The notes beneath the pieces are model-generated. The model made no database searches and was not told the DNA's origin. It saw only the letters and a list, made by a program, of their open reading frames with translations. From an uncultured Verrucomicrobiae bacterium (GTDB taxonomy: Bacteria; Verrucomicrobiota; Verrucomicrobiia; Chthoniobacterales; UBA10450), in assembly GCA_963834385.1 (NCBI GenBank), contig CAWIBO010000001.1:160954-224953 (forward strand): DNA of 64,000 bases, read 5' to 3'. Below are positions 34,057 to 44,682 of the stretch, piece after piece. The translations under genes were made by a program, and so were the position numbers. Every line of letters begins with the position of its first letter. The first letter of the stretch is position 1.

Positions 34057-35124
34057 ATGGCAATTGCGGGCGAAGCCAACCAACTCCATGCCGCCCTCGC
34101 GTCATGGTACCGGAAAGAGGGACGCGATCTCCCCTGGCGGCAGCGACGTGATCCTTACGCCATCATGGTCTCGGAAGTGATGCTGCAGCAGACCACGGTC
34201 GCCACGGTGGCGCCTCGTTTCGTTCGCTGGCTGCAGCGTTTTCCCGACCTGCCCGCCCTCGCCGCCGCGGAGGAGAATGATGTCCTGCACGAATGGGAGG
34301 GGCTCGGTTACTACGCGCGGGCCCGCCATCTTCACCGGGCGGCCCGGCAGATCGCGCAACGCCCAGGCGCGTCCTTTCCCCGCACGCTGGAGGAAATTCG
34401 GGCCCTCCCCGGCTGCGGCGATTACACCGCCCGGGCCATCGCCGTTTTCGCCTTTGGGGCCGGCCTGCCGCTGGTGGAGGCCAACATCGCCCGCGTTCTC
34501 AGCCGCCTCTTTTGCCTGGCCACGCCGATCGACACCGCGGCCGGCCGAAGAATTCTCTGGGCGCAGGCCGCCCGTCTGCTCCCGCAGAAGCGCGTGGCGG
34601 AGTGGAACTCGGCCCTGATGGACCTCGGCGCAACGGTCTGCCGGGCGCGCGCGCCGCGCTGTGCCGTCTGCCCGCTGCGCCCGTTCTGCCAGGCGCGTGA
34701 CCCGCTGCAATACCCGCGCAAAAAGGCGCGCGCCGCGCTGCAGCGGCGCCTCGAACGCCACGCCTTTGTGCAAAGAAAACAGTCTGTGCTGCTCCGCCAG
34801 TCAGGCAAGCGCTGGCGCGGCCTTTGGATTCTCCCCACTGCCGCCAGCGCCAGCGCCCGGCCGATCTACCGGGCCGAGTTTCCCTTCACGCATCATCGCA
34901 TCACTCTTTCGGTCTGCCGCGAGCAGCGCGCGGCCGGGACGGGCGAACGCTGGTTCAGCCGGAGCGCCCTCAAGGCCGCCCCGATGCCTTCACCGCATCG
35001 TCGCGCCCTGGAAGCGTTGCTGGCTAGGAAGCGGAAAACGCCGCCACCGCCGCGCTCGTCTCGGGCGCAGTCGGACGGGCCCGTTCCACCCGCGAATAGA
35101 GCGAGTAACGCGGGTCGAAAATGA
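34057..35124 (+). CDS. mutY: A/G-specific adenine glycosylase
   Basis: RDLPWR, SEVMLQQT, WEGLGYYARAR, LPGCG.YTA, C-x6-C-x2-C-x5-C, FTH. Confidence 0.93.
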   Translation: MAIAGEANQLHAALASWYRKEGRDLPWRQRRDPYAIMVSEVMLQQTTVATVAPRFVRWLQRFPDLPALAAAEENDVLHEWEGLGYYARARHLHRAARQIAQRPGASFPRTLEEIRALPGCGDYTARAIAVFAFGAGLPLVEANIARVLSRLFCLATPIDTAAGRRILWAQAARLLPQKRVAEWNSALMDLGATVCRARAPRCAVCPLRPFCQARDPLQYPRKKARAALQRRLERHAFVQRKQSVLLRQSGKRWRGLWILPTAASASARPIYRAEFPFTHHRITLSVCREQRAAGTGERWFSRSALKAAPMPSPHRRALEALLARKRKTPPPPRSSRAQSDGPVPPANRASNAGRK

Positions 35125-36016
35125 ACTGGAAGAGGAGCCGCGTCCAGGAGTCGTGGCTCTTCAGCGTGTCGTAAAATTCCGGCGCCATCGCGCGCAAACG
35201 CGGCAGGTTGTTCCACGGGATGGAAGGGATGTCGTGGTGCTCGTTGTGATAACCCATGTTCAGGGCCAGCCGGTTGATCGGTCCGTAGTAGCTGTAAGTC
35301 TCCTGATCGGGGTCGTTGGTGTAATGTTCCTGGATCCAGCGCGCCCCGACCGGATGGAGGCCAAGCGAGAAGAAGAAGGAAAAGACGAGGTAACAGAACC
35401 CGGCCCAGCCGAAGAAATAGATCACGGCCACGTCGTAGGCCAGCGCGCACAACGTGTTGATCAGGAACCAGCGGTTCCACATCGTGATGGCCTTGAGTCG
35501 CGGCGGACGGGTGAGCTGGAAGACGGGGAAAAACATCAGCCAGATCGCCTTGCGCCACCAGCTATGGCCGACCAGGCGCGCCTCCCAATGATTGGCCAGG
35601 TCGGCATCATGTTCATAATCGCCCTGGTGGGTGTGATGCTTGAGGTGATACACGCCAAAGCCGATCGCGCCCGGGATGAGGTTGGGCAGATCGGCCGTGA
35701 TGGCGACGAACTTGTTCAGGACCCGGCTGCGAAAAACAAGGTTATGGATGGCGTCGTGGATGACGACATACATGGCGTGATTGGCGAAGGCGCCGAGGCC
35801 GTAGGCGAGCAGGAGGGAAAGCCACCACCAGGACCAGCCAAGATGTCCCATGAGCGCGGCCAGCGACGTCTGCAGGGCCACGACCGTGATGGTGATGGCG
35901 GCGGTCCAGGGATTGCGACCGACCAGGGTGCGCACCTCGGGGTGCGCCTTGAAGATGGCCCGGGCCCGCTGCGGATGGGGATGCTCGTCCTCGGAGGCGA
36001 AAAAAGAGTCGGTCAT
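35024..36016 (-). CDS. Sphingolipid delta(4)-desaturase/C4-hydroxylase-like (DEGS/DES1 family)
   Basis: N-terminal EHPHPQRARAIFKAHPEV; His boxes HDAIH, HLKHH, HNEHH; GLHP; ETYSYYGP. Confidence 0.85.
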   Translation of the reverse strand: MTDSFFASEDEHPHPQRARAIFKAHPEVRTLVGRNPWTAAITITVVALQTSLAALMGHLGWSWWWLSLLLAYGLGAFANHAMYVVIHDAIHNLVFRSRVLNKFVAITADLPNLIPGAIGFGVYHLKHHTHQGDYEHDADLANHWEARLVGHSWWRKAIWLMFFPVFQLTRPPRLKAITMWNRWFLINTLCALAYDVAVIYFFGWAGFCYLVFSFFFSLGLHPVGARWIQEHYTNDPDQETYSYYGPINRLALNMGYHNEHHDIPSIPWNNLPRLRAMAPEFYDTLKSHDSWTRLLFQFIFDPRYSLYSRVERARPTAPETSAAVAAFSAS

Positions 36017-36174
36017 GGCAAAGGGGGAAAGCGGGGAACCATTTTGCACCGGGCGAGGCGGCGTGGCAACACCGCACCGCCCGCGGTTTCCCCTGTTTCG
36101 GGGGCGCGGGGCGAGGCTTGATTTTGGGCCCGAAATGCCCCAAGTTCGCCCTCCACGTCGGAGAACTAATACTC

Positions 36175-36202
36175 TTGCCGCCTATAAACAGGACGATAGA
36201 AT
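36175..36202 (+). promoter_or_regulatory. Sigma-70-like promoter for the spt-like operon
   Basis: TTGCCG-N16-TAGAAT upstream of ATG 36286. Confidence 0.5.
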
Positions 36203-36285
36203 CGCCCAGTAATGTCATCTCAGCACGAACTGCGTGCGGCTTCTGAGGGCGCCCGCGAGGCGAGCGAAATCCCCGAAACACGTAA

Positions 36286-37629
36286 ATGAAGAACAAGAAT
36301 GGAGCGACGAACGCTCACAACCCCGCCCCTCCGGTGACAAACGGCGACGATTGGGAACATTCCCGGGAAGCCGGGGACAAAGGGGGCCTGGATGGCAGCC
36401 GCAGCCTGGCCGATTTCGTGGTGGGCTCGAGCGACGATCCGGTCAAGCCGCCGCCCGGTTTCATGGAGTGGTGCAGCGCCGCCGCCTGGGAAGCTTCGCT
36501 CTATGAGCCCATCCTGTTGCAGTCGGCCGACCGCCGCACGACCCTTTCCTACGAAGGCGCTCCGAAGAGTGTCATCAATCTTTGTTCCTATAACTATCTC
36601 GGTCTGTCCACGCGGCCTGAGGTGATCAAGGCGGCGCAGGACGCGCTCGCGGAATACGGGGTTGGCGCCTGCGGCTCTCCCACTCTCTCCGGCCTGACCG
36701 ATCTTCATCGCGAACTGGAGCGAAAGGTGGCCAAGTTCCTTGGTCGCGAGGATGCGATGCTTTTCAACAGCGGCTTCGGCGGTGCGCTCGGGACGATTTC
36801 CGGCCTGCTCCGCAAGTCCGACGTGGCGGTGCTCGATAACCGGTCGCACATGAGCCTGCGCGACGGCGCTCTCCTGGCCCGTTCCCGCCTGGAGCGTTTT
36901 GAACACAATGACGCCGAGTCGCTCGACAAGGCGCTCAGCCGCCGCACCGGCAAACGCCGCCTCGTGGTGGTGGAAGGCATCTATTCCATGGACGGCGATT
37001 TTGCCGACCTCGACGCCCTGCTCGATGTCGCGGAGGCGCACGACGCCAGCGTGCTCATTGACGAGGCGCACTCGATGCTCGGGTGCGGCGAGAACGGGCG
37101 CGGCGCGGCCGAGCATTTCCACGCGGAAGACCGCATCACCCTGGTCTACGGAACTTTTTCCAAGGCGTTTGCCGCCCTGGGCGGTTTCGTGGCCGGCCCG
37201 GCCGAGACGCTCACCTATCTCCGCTTCTACGCGCATTCCTACGTTTATTCCTGCGCCCTTCCGCCGGCGGTCATCGCCGCCATTCTCAAGGCGCTCGAGA
37301 TCGCGGTGGCGGAGCCGGAACTGCGGCACCGGCTTTGGGAGAACGCGAATTATTTCCGGGAGAAACTGCAGGGCCTGGGGATCAACACCGGCGCCTCGAC
37401 CACCTACATCATGCCCCTGATCATCGGCGATCGGACCCGCATGTATCAGCTGGGCCACGCCCTGCGCAAACGCGGTCTCTTTGTCGCACCGGTCGATTAC
37501 CCGGCCGTGCCCCAGGATCAGATCTGTTTCCGCGCCTGCGTCACCTCCAGCCATACCCGGGCTGACCTCGACGAAGCGCTGAACATTCTCGAAGACACGC
37601 TTGTCCCGGCGCTTCTCCAGAACGCCTGA
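36286..37629 (+). CDS. spt: Alpha-oxoamine synthase, probable serine palmitoyltransferase
   Basis: SYNYLGL, D..SH.S, EGIYSMDGD, DEAHS, GTFSK (SPT-type lysine motif) and gene context. Confidence 0.75.
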   Translation: MKNKNGATNAHNPAPPVTNGDDWEHSREAGDKGGLDGSRSLADFVVGSSDDPVKPPPGFMEWCSAAAWEASLYEPILLQSADRRTTLSYEGAPKSVINLCSYNYLGLSTRPEVIKAAQDALAEYGVGACGSPTLSGLTDLHRELERKVAKFLGREDAMLFNSGFGGALGTISGLLRKSDVAVLDNRSHMSLRDGALLARSRLERFEHNDAESLDKALSRRTGKRRLVVVEGIYSMDGDFADLDALLDVAEAHDASVLIDEAHSMLGCGENGRGAAEHFHAEDRITLVYGTFSKAFAALGGFVAGPAETLTYLRFYAHSYVYSCALPPAVIAAILKALEIAVAEPELRHRLWENANYFREKLQGLGINTGASTTYIMPLIIGDRTRMYQLGHALRKRGLFVAPVDYPAVPQDQICFRACVTSSHTRADLDEALNILEDTLVPALLQNA

Positions 37630-37654
37630 GGGCGGGGCGGCGCGCGGTTCATCG

Positions 37655-38599
37655 ATGTCGGCTCCGTATTCACAGGCCGCTTTTGGTCCGGCGCCGGTGC
37701 AGGCGACCTACAAGGCGCGCGAAGTTGAAAGCCTGATCGATATTTATTTTTATCGGCCGGTTGGCTTTTACCTCGCGCTCTGGTCCTCCCGGATTCACCT
37801 CACCCCGAGCGGCGTCACCGCCATCGGCGCCCTCTTCGGCCTGGCCGCGGGGCATCTCTATTACTATAGCAGCCTCGGGCTGAACCTGGCCGGGATGCTT
37901 CTGCACATCATCGCCAATGCGCTCGACAACGCCGACGGCCAGCTCGCCCGTCTCACCGGCAAGGGGAGCCGGCTCGGCCGGATGAACGACAGCTTTGCCG
38001 ACCACGTCATTTTCATCGGGATCTACGCTCACCTCGGTTTTCGTTACCTGCACGAGGGGGGAACGCCTGCCATTGCCCTTCTCGCCCTCGCCGCCGGCGC
38101 CTGCCACGCCTTCCAGGGCGGCGTGGCCGACTTCGTGCGCAACGCCCACCTCTTCTTCACCTCCGCCGGGACCCGGGGCGACTTTGAGCCGGTGCCGGTC
38201 CTGGCCCGGCAGTTCGCCGGGCTGACCTGGCGCCGCGAACCATGGCACAAGCTTCTTCTGCTGCTGCACGTGCAATTCACCCGGCGGCAGGAAAGGATCA
38301 TGCCCGCGCTGGCGACCCTGCGCGACGCGATCATGGCCCGGCATGCGGCCGTGCCTGCCTGGTTCGCCGCCGCTTTTCGCCTCCGGAGCGCACCCCTCCT
38401 GAAGTGGGTCAACCTCATCATGACCAACCCGCGCATGCTCGTGCTTTTCGCCGTGCTCGCCCTCGGACGGCCCGCCTGGTTTTTCATCGCGCAGCTGACC
38501 ATCTTCAATCTCTTTACTGCCTATCTTCTCTGGCAGCTCGCCCGGGCCTGCCGGGACCTGCTCGTCCGGGTGGAGGCAGGGGAAACCGCGGCCCCGTGA
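37655..38599 (+). CDS. CDP-alcohol phosphatidyltransferase family protein 1
   Basis: TPSGVT, LDNADGQLAR...G...D..AD. Confidence 0.88.
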   Translation: MSAPYSQAAFGPAPVQATYKAREVESLIDIYFYRPVGFYLALWSSRIHLTPSGVTAIGALFGLAAGHLYYYSSLGLNLAGMLLHIIANALDNADGQLARLTGKGSRLGRMNDSFADHVIFIGIYAHLGFRYLHEGGTPAIALLALAAGACHAFQGGVADFVRNAHLFFTSAGTRGDFEPVPVLARQFAGLTWRREPWHKLLLLLHVQFTRRQERIMPALATLRDAIMARHAAVPAWFAAAFRLRSAPLLKWVNLIMTNPRMLVLFAVLALGRPAWFFIAQLTIFNLFTAYLLWQLARACRDLLVRVEAGETAAP

Positions 38600-39735
38600 C
38601 AGCGCCGCCGCCTGCGGTTACCCAGGTTGATTCCAGGGCGGAACTCGCCGCCTTCATCAGGTTCCCCTGGCAGGTTTATCGCCACGACCCCGCGTGGGTG
38701 CCGCCGCTGCTGCTCGAGCGCAGGCAGTTTTACGATCGTCGAAAGCACCCCTTCTACCGCCACGGCGAAGCGGCGCTTTTCCTGGCGCGCCGCGATGGCG
38801 AAATCGTCGGGCGGCTCATGGCTTCCGACGATCCGCACTACAACAAGGAGCACGGCTCGAACGTCGGCTGCTTCGGCTCCTTCGAGGCCATCAACGATCG
38901 GACCGTGGCGCACGCGCTTTTCGAGGCCGGCGCGGCCTGGCTGAAGAAGCGGGGCCGCAGCGGCGTGCTCGGGCCGATCGATTACTCGACGAATTATCTC
39001 TGCGGACTTCTCATCAACGGATTCGAGCATCCGCCGACCATCCTGACCGGGCACAATCCGTCCTACTACGTCGATCTTTTCGAGAGCTGGGGCTTTGCCA
39101 AGTCGATGGACCTGTACGCGTGGTGGTTTTCTGATGCGACCGAGCCGACGGAGCGGCTGAAGAAACTGGCCGAGGCCATGCGCAAACGGCACCGGGTCAC
39201 CATCCGCCAGGTGGACGTGAAAAATTTCGAGGAGGAAGCCGGCCGGATCCGCCGGGTTTACAACGCGGCCTGGGAGAAGAACTGGGGTTATGTTCCCTTC
39301 ACCGAGGCCGAGTTCGACTACATGGCAAAAGAGATGAAGCCGATCATCGTGCCCGAGGCCGCTCTCCTCGCCGAGGTGGAAGGCGAACCGATCGGTTTTC
39401 TTTTGGCTGTGCCCGACATCAACGTCGCCCTGAAGAAGATCAACGGCCGGCTCTTCCGGTTCGGCCTGCCCCTTGGCCTGGCCCGACTGCTCTATCACAA
39501 GCCGCGCATCCGCACCGGGCGCCTCGTCGCCCTCGGCGTGGTCGAAAAATACCGGCGCCACGGCATCGCCGAGATGATGGTCTTGCGCGTGATGGATTAC
39601 GCGGTGAACAAGCGGCGCTTCAGCGGTGAACTGAGTCTTACCCTTGAAAGCAACGTCATGGTCAACCGTTTCATCGAGGCTGTCGGTGCGGAGAAGTATA
39701 AGACCTACCGCATCTACGAACGCGCGCTTTCCTGA
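38596..39735 (+). CDS. GNAT-fold acyltransferase, bacterial ceramide synthase (bCerS)-like
   Basis: FI.FPW.VY..DP.WVPPL, FG.FE, GLL..GF..PP, HNP.YY, YN.AW..NWG.VP, LGV...YR..G, YK.YR.Y; coupled to the upstream gene. Confidence 0.75.
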   Translation: MTAPPPAVTQVDSRAELAAFIRFPWQVYRHDPAWVPPLLLERRQFYDRRKHPFYRHGEAALFLARRDGEIVGRLMASDDPHYNKEHGSNVGCFGSFEAINDRTVAHALFEAGAAWLKKRGRSGVLGPIDYSTNYLCGLLINGFEHPPTILTGHNPSYYVDLFESWGFAKSMDLYAWWFSDATEPTERLKKLAEAMRKRHRVTIRQVDVKNFEEEAGRIRRVYNAAWEKNWGYVPFTEAEFDYMAKEMKPIIVPEAALLAEVEGEPIGFLLAVPDINVALKKINGRLFRFGLPLGLARLLYHKPRIRTGRLVALGVVEKYRRHGIAEMMVLRVMDYAVNKRRFSGELSLTLESNVMVNRFIEAVGAEKYKTYRIYERALS

Positions 39736-40841
39736 TGCCGGAGCCTGCATGCCACGTCCGGCTTCACCTGGATGAGGCGGCTGCCTGGCGGGTGGCCGGC
39801 CTTCTCCAGCACGAAAGGATCCTTTTCTGCCTGCAGGAAGTCGCCGCGGCCCGCGGTGAAACCTGGCGCGTCTCTTTCTCCCCTTCCGCGCCGCCGCGGA
39901 ACACGCCCCGCCCAAACGCTTTCCCCGACCTGCTCCTCGAGGAAACGGATCAGCCGGGCTCGCCCGACTTTTTCCTGAGCACCCGCTGGTTCGTCACTCC
40001 CGAGGTGATTCATCGCCTCGCGCAACTGCCGGCGGCCCCGGCCGGATTGCCCACGACCGACGAAGACCTGCGGCGGGCGGGCGCAGTTCCTCTGCAGGAT
40101 CGACAGGATGTTCCCGCGCTGGAGCGATGGTTTTTTGCCGACAGCGGCAAGACGCAGGACGGCCTCGTCTCGCGTTTCCTTAACCGGCCGGTCTCGCGTT
40201 TCGTCAGCCGCTGGCTGGTCCGGACGCCGCTCACGCCGAATGTCTGGACGCTCCTGCTTCTGCCGCTCCCGCTGGCGGGCGCATTTTTCCTGGCGCAGGG
40301 AAATGCCGCTGGCTTCGTCGCCGGGGCGCTCTTCTATCATCTCTACAGCATCCTGGACGGCTGCGACGGCGAGATCGCGCGGGCCAAATTCCTTCGCAGC
40401 GATTTCGGCCGGCGTCTCGACACGGCCTGCGATTTCGGCGCCACTCTTCTCATGGTGCTCGCCCTGGGCATCGGGTGCGGACGCGAGGCCGGGACAGGAT
40501 GGTGGGCCGCTCTCTATCCCTGGGAAGGCTTGGCCGCTGCTCTCCTGCTTTCGCTCAATGAAATGCTGCTGCACGCCCGGCCCGCCGAAGAATCAGGCGA
40601 ATCGCCGGTGTCGGGAGTTCTCTACGAACGTCACCGCAACCTCGTCGCCGGCTCGGGGCTGCTCAGGCTGGGCGACGGCTTCAGCTGGTGGCTGATCCAA
40701 CTGACCAAGCGCGACGTGGTTCTTTTTGCGTTTGTCCTCCTCGCCCTGGCCGGCCTGCCGGAGTGGATGCTCCATCTCCACTTCGGATTCGGGGTTGTCA
40801 GCTCAGCGCTGGCTGGCCGCGCGCTGCGACGCACCCGTTAG
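39735..40841 (+). CDS. CDP-alcohol phosphatidyltransferase family protein 2 (DIPPS-like)
   Basis: DGLVSRFLNRPVS, TPN, LDGCDGEIAR...G..LD..CD, RD. Confidence 0.88.
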   Translation: MPEPACHVRLHLDEAAAWRVAGLLQHERILFCLQEVAAARGETWRVSFSPSAPPRNTPRPNAFPDLLLEETDQPGSPDFFLSTRWFVTPEVIHRLAQLPAAPAGLPTTDEDLRRAGAVPLQDRQDVPALERWFFADSGKTQDGLVSRFLNRPVSRFVSRWLVRTPLTPNVWTLLLLPLPLAGAFFLAQGNAAGFVAGALFYHLYSILDGCDGEIARAKFLRSDFGRRLDTACDFGATLLMVLALGIGCGREAGTGWWAALYPWEGLAAALLLSLNEMLLHARPAEESGESPVSGVLYERHRNLVAGSGLLRLGDGFSWWLIQLTKRDVVLFAFVLLALAGLPEWMLHLHFGFGVVSSALAGRALRRTR

Positions 40842-41546
40842 ACGTTCCTCGGCGTGGCGGAGCATCTCCGGCGTGTCGATATCCTGCCACCAGCCGTCGC
40901 CGATATCGATGGCGCGCACTTTCCCGGCCTCGGCCATGCCGCGGACGCCGTCCGCCAGGCTGCAATCGCCGTCCTGCCGGACCGCCTCCAGAAAATCGAA
41001 GAGCTCCGGATCGCAAATGAAGAGGCCGGTGTCGACAGCGTCGAAGTCAGCGAGCTGTTTTCCGATTCTCCGCACCAGGCCGTCCTCCGTCCGGACTTTC
41101 ATGGCATCGTCCATGTCGAAAATGGAATCGAGTTTTCGGTCGACGGCGAGGTTGACGTAACCCGCCTCGGACTCGGCTTTGAGCCGGAGCAGGCTGGCCT
41201 CGTCGAAGAGATGATCGCCCATAAGGAGGAAAAAGGCCTTTGGCACATGGGCCCGGGCGGCGAGCACGGAAACGCCGTTTTGCTTCTGCCATTCGTGGTT
41301 CGTGATGATGTTCAGGCTAAGCCCGGCCGGCACCAGAGTTGTCAGGCCCTGGACAAGGAGGTCGGCGGCCGAGCCGACCACGGCGTGCAGCCTGCGGACC
41401 CCGGCGTTTTGCAGGGAGGAGAAGGCGCGGGAGATGACCGGTTGCCCACCGATGCGGACGAGCGGCTTGGGAATTCCTCCCCCGGCTCCCTGCAAGCGCG
41501 AACCCGCCCCCGCCATGAGAATCACGGCGTCTTCAACCTGCAACAT
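40803..41546 (-). CDS. NTP transferase, inositol-1-phosphate cytidylyltransferase (IPCT)-like
   Basis: AVILMAGAGSRL, PKPLV, NGVS, MGDHLF, VDTGLF, WQDIDT. Confidence 0.82.
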   Translation of the reverse strand: MLQVEDAVILMAGAGSRLQGAGGGIPKPLVRIGGQPVISRAFSSLQNAGVRRLHAVVGSAADLLVQGLTTLVPAGLSLNIITNHEWQKQNGVSVLAARAHVPKAFFLLMGDHLFDEASLLRLKAESEAGYVNLAVDRKLDSIFDMDDAMKVRTEDGLVRRIGKQLADFDAVDTGLFICDPELFDFLEAVRQDGDCSLADGVRGMAEAGKVRAIDIGDGWWQDIDTPEMLRHAEERLTGASQRAASQR

Positions 41547-41582
41547 CGCGAAACCAGAGCAGCGTTCGCCGCCGAAACCAAC

Positions 41583-42380
41583 TCAAATCCGATAGAATTT
41601 CCGGATGAGGCGCAGGCTCGCGCGCTGCGGGAGCAGGCGGACCGCCAGGGGCGCCATGATCGCCTGGAAAAATCCGCCCACGGTCAGGCGGGGCGCCGGC
41701 TCGCCGGATTCAATCACCCGCATGATCGCCTCGGCCACGATCTCCGGGCCGGGGGCGCGCTGGAGATTATTGTCGACCGAGCGCCAGACATTCTTCAGGC
41801 GGTCACTGGCGGCATCGCGCCGGCCGGCGTTCTTCACCGCCGCATTGAAGTTGGTGCGGATATCGCCGGGTTGCAGATCGACGATGCGGACTCCGCTTTC
41901 CGCCAGCTCGAGTTGAAGCGTCATGGTGAAAGCCGCCAGGGCGCTCTTCGCCGAGTTGTAGGCCGCCATGTACGGGATCGGCAGCCGAACGGCGAGGGAG
42001 GTCACGTTGATGATCAAGCCGCCGGCCCGCGGAAGCATGTCGGCCAGCGCGAGCTGACAGAGGGTTGCCGGCGATAGATAGAGCGTCTGGGTCAACTCCC
42101 GCAGCAGGTCGGGGTTCATGGTCTCGGTCGGACCAAAGTGCCCGCTCCCGGCATTGTTGATCACGACGTCGAAGTGTTCCGCTTCACCCAGGCCCGCGGC
42201 AAAGGCCTGGCGGACCGAAGCCGGGTCGGCCAGATCCATTGTGAGGGGATGAAAGCCGGGCCGGGCCGACAGACGCGAAGCCTCCCGCGAAGTGCCCCAG
42301 ACTTCGTGCCCGCGCGCCAAAAAAAGGTTGGCCATGGCCAGGCCGATGCCGGAGCTCGCGCCGGTGAGGAAAATTTTCAT
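41583..42380 (-). CDS. Short-chain dehydrogenase/reductase
   Basis: TGASSGIG, NNAG, YNSAK. Confidence 0.9.
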   Translation of the reverse strand: MKIFLTGASSGIGLAMANLFLARGHEVWGTSREASRLSARPGFHPLTMDLADPASVRQAFAAGLGEAEHFDVVINNAGSGHFGPTETMNPDLLRELTQTLYLSPATLCQLALADMLPRAGGLIINVTSLAVRLPIPYMAAYNSAKSALAAFTMTLQLELAESGVRIVDLQPGDIRTNFNAAVKNAGRRDAASDRLKNVWRSVDNNLQRAPGPEIVAEAIMRVIESGEPAPRLTVGGFFQAIMAPLAVRLLPQRASLRLIRKFYRI

Positions 42381-42397
42381 CTTTGATTACTTCCGGA

Positions 42398-43914
42398 TCA
42401 TGCGCTGGCCAGTTCCCGCAACGGGCGGACTCGTCGATAGATGAGCCAGGTCGCGCCGAAAAGCGCGAGGAAAACAAGCGCCCCGCCGACTTCTCCCCAC
42501 ACTCCCCCCACCCGAACGCGGACAAGGAGCGCCGGGATTCCCGCCCCGAGGGCGGCGAGAAGCGGCGCTCCAACATGACGGAACGGGCGTTTCCATCCAA
42601 AATCGATCCGCAAGGTGCGATAGCGAAGAAGACCCTGCACCACGTAGGGCACAAGGATGCCGAAGGCGGCGCCGGTCACGCCGAAAGTCGGGATAAGCCA
42701 GAGATTCGCACCGATCGCGACCGCACAGGTAACGGCCGAGTTCAGAAGATTGGCGCGCGGCCGCTGCACCATGATGGCGGTCTCGGCCAGGGCGACGAAG
42801 GCATTCGTGGCGCAGGCGAGCCCGACGATGGCCAGCCAGGGCGCGCCCTGGATAAAGTCCGGCCCATAAATCGAAAGGATGAGGCCACCGGCCAGCGTGA
42901 GTACTGCGACCAGCGGCAGGAGAACCCAGAGCATCCATTGCGCGACCGTGGCGAACGCTTCCTCCGCATGGAAATGATCGCGCCGGGCCAGGACCCGCGC
43001 GATGACCGGGCCAAAGATCGGGTTAAAGGACTGGTTGACCTTGCGCAGTCCCCCCGCCACCTCGACCACCGCGCCGTAAATGCCGACGACCGTCAAGGTC
43101 ACACCCGGGGCGCGGCCGATGAAGGCAGCGAGCATGATGACGTCGATCCGCATCACCAGGAGATTCAGAAGATCGTAGACGCTGATCGGCGCCGCGAAGG
43201 CGAGCAGGCCGCGCGCCTCCGCCAGCCAGCCAGCCCGGTTTCCTTTTGGCTGGTCACGAAACAGGGATGCCGCCAGCAGAGCCGCGACCAACCCCGAGGC
43301 CAGCGTCCCGGCAATTACGGCGACCTGCGGCGCGTAGGAGGTCAGGCCCAGTGCGAAAAGACCGACAAACGCGAGGGTGGTCACGACCGTCTCGGTCAGG
43401 CCACGGGAGAAGATGTCATGGCGCATGACCTTCATGGCGCGCGAGACGGAAGTGCTGACGCGATACAGGGCCACGCCGGGCAACGCGAGGAGCATGATGG
43501 CGGTGGCGCCGGCGATGCGCGGATCAAGCCCGAGCACCGGGCCGGCCAGTCCGACGCCCAAAGAGAAGATGCCGGCGACGACTGCACACTGCAGGACGGC
43601 CAGCGCGGTGGCCAGCCGCGCCAGGCGGCGACTGCGAAGATGATCGCCCGCCGCTTCGCTTCGGCCAATGAGGGCAACGACGGCATTATCGAGACCGAAG
43701 ACCCCGATCTTGCTCAGGAGATCGGTGGTGGCCCATGCCACCGAAAAGGTGCCGAGGGTGGCCGGTCCCAGCAGCCGTGCCACGAGAAACGTGAAGATGC
43801 CGCGGAAGTTTGAAGCCACCACCGCGAGGGTGTTGACGAGCGCCCCCTGTTTTAATTCCCGTCCCGTCTGGAACACCGGTCCCGGCATCGTGGCCGGCAC
43901 GGCCGGAGAAGCGG

Positions 43915-43918
<4 letters not shown>
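42398..43918 (-). CDS. MOP-superfamily flippase (Wzx/MurJ-like)
   Basis: ARLLGP..LG.F, RID..ML, VGIYG, LIP.FGVTGAA; 12-14 TM helices. Confidence 0.85.
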
Positions 43919-44619
<701 letters not shown>

Positions 44620-44682
44620 GGACGGGGCGCCGGCCGAAGCGCGCTGGACGCACTGGCGACGTTCTGGGAGAAGTGCGGGAGC

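Noticed and set aside
36286..37629. bioF or kbl assignment
   Set aside because: No biotin or tdh genes nearby; the GTFSK motif and neighbours favour Spt. Not formally excluded.
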